Positions 55,206-64,000 of a DNA stretch of 64,000 bases are shown in pieces. A program made the translations under genes and the position numbers. The DNA comes from Bacteroidota bacterium. GTDB lineage: Bacteria; Bacteroidota; Bacteroidia; AKYH767-A; OLB10. Position 1 is the first letter of the stretch; each line of letters opens with the position of its first letter. The stretch is taken from assembly GCA_016699635.1 (NCBI GenBank), contig CP064983.1, positions 3,176,078-3,240,077 on the forward strand. Reading direction: 5' to 3'. The notes beneath the pieces were generated by a model, which had not been told where the DNA came from, searched no databases, and was given only the letters and a program-made list of their open reading frames with translations.

Positions 55206-55846
55206 ATGGCTGTATATCGTTTTAAAGTATCGTTCGAAGATTTTGAAGATATTTATCGTGAAATAGAAGTTACCTCAGAGCAAACCTTTGCCGATTTTTA
55301 TAAAGCTATTCTGTCTTCAATAAAATTTGAAGATCGCGGAACAGTTTCATTTTTTATGAGCAATGACAGTTGGAAAAAAGGTGTTGAAATTTCCAACAAC
55401 GACAAAACCGATCGTGATGGAAAACCTGTTGCTAAAACCGACAAAGCATTTCTAAAAAGTTATATTGCTGATCCGCATCAGAAAATTTTTTTTTAATTGA
55501 CTGCGAAAGCGTTTGGGCATTTCATATTGAATTGATAAAGATTATGGCTGCTGCTGATGTAAAACTTACTTATCCGCACATAAGAAAAGTTTCGGGTGAT
55601 GCACCAAGCCAGTTTAAGGTTAAAGTAGCACCGGTACCTGACGAAGGTGACGAAGTATTGGATTCAGATACCAACGAAGATGATAATTTCAGTTCAACTG
55701 CTAATGAAATTGCAGGAGAAAATGATTATGATGAAGATGACACAGCAGCTCTTGAAGGTGAAGAAGGTGAAGAAAGTTCTGACGAGGATAGTGAGGAGTT
55801 TAATGATGTTGAAATGGGCAGTGATGAAAATTACGAAGAAAATTAA
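55206..55846 (+). pseudogene. pRiA4b ORF-3-like family protein with an acidic C-terminal tail; 1-bp frameshift in a T9 run at ~55487
   Basis: MAVYRFKVSFEDFEDIYREIEV continues, after the t-run, in another frame as FLIDCESVWAFHIELIKIMAAADVKLTYPHI (the family's YDFGD.WEH..E motif). A D/E-rich tail follows. Confidence 0.45.
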
Positions 55847-55906
55847 AAGTGTATTTTATATTCTTAAAAGCACATCTGTTGATGTGCTTTTTTAATTTTT
55901 ATAAAA

Positions 55907-56908
55907 ATGAAAGCAGGCGATAAAGTTAGCTTTAAAGACGAAAAACTGAATGGTGTCATTCTTGAAATTTTACAGAATGGAAAAGTATTGGTTGAGTTGG
56001 AAGATGGTTTTCCTATGGAAGCATTGCAAAATCAATTGGTAGTTACTGTTCCTTTTATTAAACAACAAACACAAAATGATGCTAAGGAAGATATATCTGA
56101 ACAAAATACTTCAACAGAAAATATCCCATTCGACCTGAACAATAATATTATTGACTTTTATGCCGTACCATCAAAGGCCGACAGGGTACTTACAGGTAGC
56201 GTTGATCATTTTTTAACAAATGGCACACCCAATCTACTATTGCTGATTTTCGGAAAACGAAGCAAGAACCAACACACAATTTTATACAAGGGTGAATTAA
56301 AACCCAATAGTTATGTATGCCTTTCTATATTTAAACGAGACGCATTAATTAACTTAGATTCGTTTTACATACAAATATTAATTGCTGCCGATGGCGAATA
56401 TAAAAGACCTTTTACTAAAGATATTGCTGTTGAATTGCCTGAGCTGAATCAAACTAAAAATACAGAAACAGGAATTCTTTCTTCTTCTAAAAAAGTAAGC
56501 CTTGTCAATCTGAATGTTGCAGATGAAATTCAGATAAAAGACTTATTAGAAAAATTTGACAGCAGTCAGCCAGCAAAAACTTCAGACATCAAAAAGAATA
56601 AAAAACAACAACCAATAAGCGATTCTGACATCAGCAAAGAAATTGATTTGCATATAAATAAACTTACTGCTGATTTTCAGAATATGACCAACAGCGAAAT
56701 GCTTGCGTTACAAATAAATACTTTCAGAAAAGAAATGGACAATGCAATTATAAAAGATTACAAGCAGCTAATTTTCATTCATGGCATTGGTGATGGTATA
56801 TTGCGAAATGCAATAATGAATGAAACTAAAAATTATTCAGACATAAAAGTGTTTATGGCTAATCAGGCAAGATATGGAACAGGTGCTTTGGAAATACGCT
56901 TTTTATAA
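55907..56908 (+). CDS. DUF2027-like N-domain plus C-terminal Smr (MutS2-related) domain protein
   Basis: The Smr signature is IDLHINKL...LIFIHGIGDGILRNAI...GTGALEIRF. Confidence 0.65.
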   Translation: MKAGDKVSFKDEKLNGVILEILQNGKVLVELEDGFPMEALQNQLVVTVPFIKQQTQNDAKEDISEQNTSTENIPFDLNNNIIDFYAVPSKADRVLTGSVDHFLTNGTPNLLLLIFGKRSKNQHTILYKGELKPNSYVCLSIFKRDALINLDSFYIQILIAADGEYKRPFTKDIAVELPELNQTKNTETGILSSSKKVSLVNLNVADEIQIKDLLEKFDSSQPAKTSDIKKNKKQQPISDSDISKEIDLHINKLTADFQNMTNSEMLALQINTFRKEMDNAIIKDYKQLIFIHGIGDGILRNAIMNETKNYSDIKVFMANQARYGTGALEIRFL

Positions 56909-58587
56909 ACTATTCTGCGAATGATGTGCACGAAGGTTGTTCGTCCACTGATTAAAAAACTGTTCTTGTTCTGCGTTCTTTTTGCTGATGTGTTTTACCT
57001 TCCAGGTCGAAAAATATTTTTTTGATGCAGGCATCATTTCAATAGTCTTTATTCTGTTACCTCTTGAAATCAAAAAACCTGTTTTGTGGTTTTCCTTAGG
57101 ATTAATCTGCATGTCATAATTTTTATCTGCCTTTTGCCCATCTACGCCAATAATCAAATCACCTATAGCAAGACCATTCTCAAATGCCGGTGAACCTATT
57201 GGCAAACTAATTACTTCTGGCATTGCTGCATTATCATTGGTCTTAAAACCAAAATATCTTTCTGCATTCTTTTTAGAAGGATTCTCTTCTAGTTCCAATC
57301 CTGCAAACAACATCACTTCTTCAAGCAACGATTGATAGCTGCAAGCCTTGTAAACAATGTCGTTAAAGAAAGTTTCTAAACTTCTACCTGCCTTTTCAGA
57401 AGCAATTCTTAAATAATCATCTGATGTATATCCAATATTCTTTTTATTTACGAATCAAAAAAATCAAGCATCAGCGACACTAATGAGCCTTCATCATAAA
57501 TTGAAGTTTTTCGTCCGGGAATTCCCGGCACATATCCATCAAGCCAGGTGTCAAAAGATGATTGTGCAATTGAATAATTAAACCGGCCTTCATTGCTAAG
57601 ATGTTTGTTGATACGGATGTTCAACTCATTAAAGTATTCTTCTTCGTTGAAATAACCACAGCGTGCCAAAAACAAATCGCCATAATATGTTGTAGCTCCT
57701 TCATAGACAAATCCTGTTTCTGCATAATTTGGGCTATCATAATTGTAAGGTTGCATTTCTACAGGTCTTATGGTTTTAATATTCCACACATGAAACAATT
57801 CATGTGATGCAACTCCAGTAACTCATTATACAATTCTCTGTCATTAAGTTTTGCCGAAGAGCAATCACTAAAACAGTAGATGCCAAATGTTCAACACCAT
57901 GATAAAATGTATGTGGCACTGCCTGAATTAAAAAGTGATAATCTTTTACAGGAATTGATTTCATCACATTCAATTGTATCTGCGTAAAAGATTTAAAATC
58001 TTCAATCAACTTTTCTACATCGGGTTTGAAATTTCCCTGAATCCAAATATGAAAACTGCAATCAGACACCGTATAACCATAGTGCATCAAATCATCAGAA
58101 GCTATAAACGGGCTGTCAACAAGTTCATCAAAATTCTTAGCAGAAAAAACATTTTTTCTGTTTGTGTGAGTGATGTTGCTACTCTGCTGAAGTTACTAAC
58201 TATCTCAACTGTGCAGGCATTGCCCCTGTTGGCATCAGTATAAAAACAACAATGTATGGGATTTATGTAAATCTGTTCGTCATTGACAAAGCAGGCACCG
58301 GCATCAAGCTGATTGCAATAGTACTGATAGTTGATTTTTATTGTATCATTTTTATTTGTTTTCAGCAGCCATGAGCTCTTTGAAACTTTTTTCCATTTCA
58401 CTTCCTTTCCATTAATATCCTGCACTCTAAAATTGCGGATATTTTTTGCAAAGTTTCCTTCTTCGTACCTGCCCGGACGCCAGACAGGAAGTTTTAATAA
58501 AGTTTCATTACCGTCAGTTTGTATGGTTAGTTCAACATCAACAAAGTGTGAAGCTGCATTGGATACTGAAAAACGATAATGCATCAT
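56903..58587 (-). pseudogene. M61-family glycyl aminopeptidase with a C-terminal PDZ domain, fragmented into four ORFs
   Basis: The N-terminus is MMHYRFSV...LPVWRPGRYEE, mid-protein has YHGVEHLASTVL, the zinc-site region is FHVWNIKTIRP, and the PDZ domain is GLAIGDLIIGVDGQ. Each lies in a different frame. Confidence 0.6.
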
Positions 58588-58588
58588 G

Positions 58589-60665
58589 CTAATAATTTAA
58601 AAGGTAATTCATCTGTTCAGATACTTTCTGTGCATTGGGTATCATCGTAAATTCTAAAGTTGAATTTAATGGAATTGCAGGCATATTCTCCGATCCCATA
58701 GCAACAACAGGTGCATCTAATGCAGTGAAACATTGCTGCTGTATGCGACCTGAAAGTGCTTCGGCAAATGAATTTTTTAGAGGCTCTTCTGTCAGCACCA
58801 AACAACGGTGATGCTTTCTTACTGACTCAAATATTGTAGTTTCATCTAATGGATTAAGAGTACGAAGGTCAATAATTTCAATTCTTCCTTTAAACTCTTG
58901 TGCTGCTGCCTTTGCCCAGTAAACTCCCATGCCGTAAGTAATAACTGTCAGCGTGTTTTCATCCTGCAAAGCCTCTGCCTGTTGCACTATTCTTGCTTTT
59001 CCAAATGGAATAATATAATCTTCATCAGGTTCAATAGTGCGTGCATCTTCTGTGCCTTTTATCTTACTCCAGTAAAGTCCTTTGTGTTCAAATATTACTA
59101 CAGGATTTGGATCATAATATGCTGCTTTCATCAATCCCTTCAGGTCAGCACCGGTAGATGGATATGCTACCTTAACACCTCTGATGTTTAGCACTACTGT
59201 TTCAACACTTGAAGAATGATATGGCCCACCACTTCCATAAGCACCAATAGGAACACGGATTACGCAAGATACCGGCCATTTGCCATTACTTAAATAGCAG
59301 GAACGGCTTACCTCTGTAAAAAGTTGATTTAAACCCGGCCATATATAATCTGCAAACTGTACTTCAACAATCGGTTTACATCCAACAGCACTCATGCCAA
59401 CTGTAGAACCTATGATAAATGCTTCCTGTATGGGTGTATTAAAAACCCTGTCATCACCAAACGTTTTAGCTAACGTTGCAGCCTCTCTGAAAACGCCACC
59501 AAGTCTGGCTCCAACATCTTGCCCGTAGAAAAGACATTCAGGATGTTTTTGAAGCAATTCTTTAACAGCAAACAATGCACAGTCAACCATCACTGTTGGC
59601 TCCTTACCGGCAGGCTGACGCACACCTTTTTCTTCTGTCACTGTTGTAGGTGCATAATCATGCTTAAACAAATCTTCGGGCAATGGGTCGTCAGCGGCCT
59701 TGGCCTTTGCGAAATCGTCTTCTACAAGGGTTCTTGTTTCTTTCTTTATTGCATCCAACTCATCAGAAGTAAAACCTGCTTCTTCAAGTTGTTGGATAAA
59801 CTTTGGTAATGGATCTTTTTTCTTTGCTTCTTCCAAATCATGTCTGTACCACTCTCTGCGAACACCTGAAGTATGATGTCCAAGTAATGGCACTTTAGCA
59901 TGAATTAAAAAAGGTCTGCGTTCAGTTCGGATAATATCAAGAACTTCTTTGATGGTATTGTAAGACTGAAAAAAGTCGGTACCATCAATACTGCGTGTTT
60001 CCAATCCTTTAAATCCTTTTGCATATTCAGCAGCATTCATGGTGCGAATCTCTGAGGCATGTGCTGAAATATCCCACTCATTGTCCTGAACAAAATAAAG
60101 TATAGGAAGCTTTTTAAGCACTGCCATCTGAAAGGCTTCAGAAACTTCACCTTCTGTTACATGCATCGCCAAGTGAACAAACTGTGACAGGATATTCACC
60201 TTCGGCATATTCTACAAGATTTTGGTTTTCGAGATAATGCATCCCCAAAGCAATTCCTGTCGTAGGTATAGCCTGCATTCCTGTAGCACTGCTTTGATGA
60301 GGAATCTTTGGCATATCATCACGTCTCAACGAAGGATGTGAATAGTATGTACGTCCACCTGAAAACGGATCATCACGTTTAGCCATAAGCTGCAACATCA
60401 GTTCATAGGGTGTCATTCCTATTGAAAGCAAAATACTGTCGTCACGATAATATGCTGAGAGATAGTCAATGCTTTTAAGTTGAAGACCTAAAGCAATCTG
60501 CACTGCCTCATGTCCACGCGAGCAGGCATGAACATAACGAGCAGTAAATGTTGCATGCTCCTCGTACAAATCGCTCATGGCACGTGCTGTGCACATCAGC
60601 CTGAATGCTTTGAGAACAGTTTCTGTTGATATAGGTGTAGATTCCAATTTTTTTTCTGCAATCAT
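58589..60665 (-). pseudogene. 2-oxoacid (branched-chain/pyruvate) dehydrogenase E1 component, fused alpha-beta, with a frameshift at 60147..60208
   Basis: The 172-aa ORF is the TPP-binding alpha N-terminus. The 539-aa ORF holds the alpha C-terminus and the transketolase-like beta subunit (GLMKAAYYDPNPVVIFEHKGLY...). Confidence 0.8.
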
Positions 60666-60688
60666 TTTTCTAATGTTAAAGAATGGCT

Positions 60689-61453
60689 TTAACCTGCTTT
60701 GGTTTTAAATTTCTCAATGGCAATGCGCGTAAAATCCGACATAACTAATTTGCCACTCATCCCGGCTCTTTCCATTAGCAATGCATCCCATCCTTCTGTT
60801 CCTTTCCAGAAAATTTGTTTCAACATTTTCATTGCTTCAGGGTTACTGGCAGCTAGTTGTTGTGCTAATTTATGTACAGCTTTATCTAAGTCTTCAATGT
60901 TATCGTGCAGAGAAGCAAACATGCCTTTCTCTTTTGCCCACTGTGCGTTTTGCCATTCTGTAGCATTAACTGTAAGTTGTGTAAATGCTCCTGTACCAAT
61001 TTTTCTCTCTACTGCAGGTCCCACTACAAAAGGACCTATGCCCACAGCAAGTTCGCTAAGTTTAACAGAAGCCGAAACATGAGCTAAGGTATAGTCTGCA
61101 GAACATGCCAAACCTACTCCACCACCAACTGCTTTGCCTTGCACACGCGCAATAACAAACTTTGGCGCTTTACGCATAGCATTAATTACACTTGCAAAAC
61201 CAGAAAAGAATTCTTTGCCTTGTGATTCACTGTTTATGCTTATCAGCTCATCGAATGATGCTCCTGCACAAAAGGCTTTCTCGCCTTTACTGCGAAGTAC
61301 TATAACTTTAGCTGATTCATTGGCCCCTGCTTCTTCTATTGTGGCAGCAAGTTTACGTAATAGCACTCCGGGAAGTGAATTACTCTGAGGGTGAAAAAAA
61401 GTAATTTCAGCTACCTGATCTTTTATAATTGATTCAACCGAACCTTCTGTCAT
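60689..61453 (-). CDS. Enoyl-CoA hydratase/isomerase (crotonase) family protein
   Basis: The oxyanion-hole region reads KAFCAGASFDEL...GKAVGGGVGLA. Confidence 0.85.
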   Translation of the reverse strand: MTEGSVESIIKDQVAEITFFHPQSNSLPGVLLRKLAATIEEAGANESAKVIVLRSKGEKAFCAGASFDELISINSESQGKEFFSGFASVINAMRKAPKFVIARVQGKAVGGGVGLACSADYTLAHVSASVKLSELAVGIGPFVVGPAVERKIGTGAFTQLTVNATEWQNAQWAKEKGMFASLHDNIEDLDKAVHKLAQQLAASNPEAMKMLKQIFWKGTEGWDALLMERAGMSGKLVMSDFTRIAIEKFKTKAG

Positions 61454-61697
61454 ATTTGCAATTGTTATTTCTCTAAAAAATTAAAACTTATTCTTTCGTG
61501 CAAAGATAAAAAAGCCCATGAAGTTTACCAGCTAATTGAAAGTTAATATAATAGCTTATGACAATGCTGTTAAGTACTTCTCAAAATTTAGATGTATTCT
61601 AAATTTATACTTCTTAAATTTAATCTATAATTGCATTAAATAGCAATACAAATTGACCTAAACACATCTACTTAGGTCATAAAATTTTAGCCAGCTT

Positions 61698-64000
61698 ATG
61701 CAATTTAACATTCCTGCTCATTTAACAGGATTAACCGATAAGGAGGTTGATTCGTCACGCTTAAAATATGGAATAAATCAAAAAAAACTGATACAAGAAA
61801 TTCGATTTTTAATTGGATTCTGGATTTGTTGAAAGAACCAATGCTCATACTTTTGCTTGCTGTATCCGTAATTTACTTAATTATAGGAGATCATGGTGAA
61901 GCCATCTTTATGTTTATTGCAATTGTTGCTGTTTCTGCCATTTCTTTTTATCAGGATAACAGAAGTAAAAAAGCTCTTGAAGCCTTAGAAAAATTAAATG
62001 AACCTCTGAGTACAGTTATCCGAAATTCACAAGTGATTAAAATACCTACTCATGAACTTGTTGTTGGAGATTTGTGTATTGTTGAAGAAGGGAAAATGAT
62101 AAATGCCGATGGAAAAATTGTACATAGCAATGATTTTTCTGTCAATGAATCATCACTTACAGGAGAGAGCCTTTCAGTTTATAAAAACAGCGAAAGCAAG
62201 GACAATCTTGTTTATGATGGAACTGTGGCTGTCTCTGGTCTTGCCGTATTTGTAGTAGAACAAATCGGAAAGAAAACACGTTTAGGAAAAATTGGAGCTT
62301 CTATTGCTGAAATTAAAGAAGAATCGTCACCATTACAAATTCAAATTAGAAAATTTGTCATGACCATGGCTATTTTCGGAAGTATCATTTTTCTTTTAGT
62401 TTGCATAGTCAATTACCTTAATACAAAAAATCTTATTGAAAGTTTATTGAGCGGACTAACTCTTGCTATGTCTGTTCTGCCTGAAGAAATTCCTGTAGCA
62501 TTTACCACTTTTATGGCATTAGGCGCATGGAAATTAATGCGCGATGGTGTAATAATAAAGCGCAGTAACATTGTTGAAACTTTAGGCAGCACTACAGTTA
62601 TCTGTACTGATAAAACCGGAACAATTACTGAAAACACAATGCATTTAAAGCATTTATTTCTCTTAAAAACCAACAAAATATATGATGAATCGAAGTTTGC
62701 CAATTCTGACTTATCTACGCTCATTAATTATGCTATGTGGAGTAGCGAGCCACTTCCATTTGACCCAATGGAAAAAACACTTCATCATGTATATGTACAG
62801 ACACAAAAAACAGATGAGCGCACCAGCTATCAAATGATACATGAATATCCTTTGGATGGCAAGCCTCCAATGATGACGCATATTTTTGAAAACACAAACA
62901 AGCAAAGAATTATAGCAGCCAAAGGTGCACCTGAGGCAATTATCAATGTATCTGTACTTTCTGCAAGTGAAAAGGAAAATATTTTAAATGTGATTCATGA
63001 TTTTGGAAATAAAGGATACAGAGTTTTAGGTGTTGCACAATCAAATTTTGACGGCTATGATTATCCAGAAATGCAACAAGAATTAAAATTCACTTTTCTT
63101 GGTTTAGTAGTTTTTTACGATCCTCCGAAGCAAGGTATTCAAACCGTATTTCGACATATTTACGATGCAGGTATTAAAGTAAAAGTCATTACAGGTGATA
63201 ATACAGCAACAACCAAAACTATTGCTAAGCAAGCTGGCATTTTGAATAATGCAGAAGCCATTGAAGGAAAAGATGTAGTCAACCTGAGTGAAAAACAATT
63301 GCTGAAAGAAGTTGAAGAGAAGACACTTTTTACCCGTATGTATCCTGAAGCAAAACTTTCTGTAATAAATGCCTTAAAAAAGAAAGGCGAAGTGGTGGCC
63401 ATGCTAGGCGATGGAGTGAATGATGGCCCGGCATTAAAAGCAGCACACATTGGTGTTGCCATGGGAAACAAAGGAACAGAAATAGCAAAAGCTGCAGCAT
63501 CATTAGTTATCACCAATGACGATTTAGACAAATTGATTGTTGGTATTGCCGCAGGAAGAAGAATCTATTCTAATCTGAAAAAAGCTATTCAGTATATCAT
63601 CTCTATTCACATTCCAATTATTCTAACAGTTACTTTACCCTTATTTTTGGGTTGGATTTTTCCTCACATTTTTACACCCGTACATGTAATTTTTCTGGAA
63701 TTAGTTATGGGGCCAACTTGTTCTATTGTTTACGAAAACGAACCACTTGAAAAAAATATCATGAATCAAAAACCAAGAATCATGACTGAAACTTTTTTAA
63801 ACTGGAAAGAACTGGCAATAAGTATAATTCAAGGATTAGTGATTACACTTGGTGTTTTGTTTATTTATCAATGGAGTGTTTGGATTGGAGGCAATGAAGA
63901 AAAAACAAGAGCATTAGTATTTACAACTTTAATATTTGCTAATGTATTTTTAAGTTTGGTAAACCGTTCTTTTTACTATAGTGTTTTAGCTTGCTTCAAA
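61698..64000 (+). CDS. Cation-transporting P-type ATPase (type II/III-like, Ca2+/Mg2+ family), 3'-truncated by the window end; frameshift in an A8 run at ~61783
   Basis: ATG at 61698 gives MQFNIPAHLTGLTDKEVDSSRLKYGINQK, and after the A-run the continuing frame reads TDTRNSIFNWILDLLKEPMLILLL.... Later motifs are TGES, ICTDKTGTITEN and GDGVNDGPALKAAHIGVAMG. It is absent from the ORF track because there is no stop in the window. Confidence 0.8.

Noticed and set aside
63104-63531. ORFs 63104..63298 and 63160..63531 on the minus strand
   Set aside because: They are antisense to the P-type ATPase coding region (DKTGT...GDGVNDGPALK on the plus strand) and are spurious.
1-64000. Frameshifts as programmed ribosomal frameshifting or an alternative genetic code
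   Set aside because: The shifts occur in unrelated housekeeping genes, go in both +1 and -1 directions, and sit at plain A/T homopolymers without slippery-site or stimulatory structures. Stops TAA, TAG and TGA are all used normally at gene ends.

Overview
This window looks like a low-GC Bacteroidota chromosome segment. The evidence is three proteins with a type-IX-secretion C-terminal sorting domain, the parA-parB-DUF5683-dapB synteny, and start-codon overlaps without obvious RBS. Most genes are housekeeping: a hybrid TPR sensor kinase, a CuA heme-copper oxidase operon with Sco, a DUF488-hemerythrin-Fur-Zn/Cd P1B-ATPase cluster, accA, ispE, tRNA-Lys, SDR, FKBP, parAB, dapB, nth, tsaC, tsaD, tamB, and an O-antigen ligase / DegT aminotransferase locus. 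There is also an M61 peptidase, a fused 2-oxoacid dehydrogenase E1, an enoyl-CoA hydratase and a P-type ATPase that runs off the window end. The most interesting part is a ~5.5 kb, single-strand, translationally coupled cassette at 44.9-49.9 kb. It reads dcm (m5C methyltransferase) -> GHKL ATPase fused to a C-terminal HEPN (Rx4H) -> OLD-family ABC-ATPase + Toprim nuclease -> vsr. It is flanked on one side by a duplicated remnant of an IS3-type orfA and sits between the O-antigen locus and a lipoprotein gene. I read it as a candidate modification-linked defence system whose gene combination I do not recognise as a characterised system. The second notable signal is the heme-copper oxidase subunit I, which has all six His ligands but lacks the HPEVY cross-link tyrosine; this resembles C-family / NOR-related enzymes, yet it is paired with a CuA subunit II. 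Third, a 15-bp motif (tcagccgtggctaat) recurs in two repeat-rich intergenic regions. An important caveat is that at least 17 genes are broken by 1-bp frameshifts that map to A/T homopolymers, so most apparent pseudogenes are probably indel errors. tsaD also carries an in-frame TAA.
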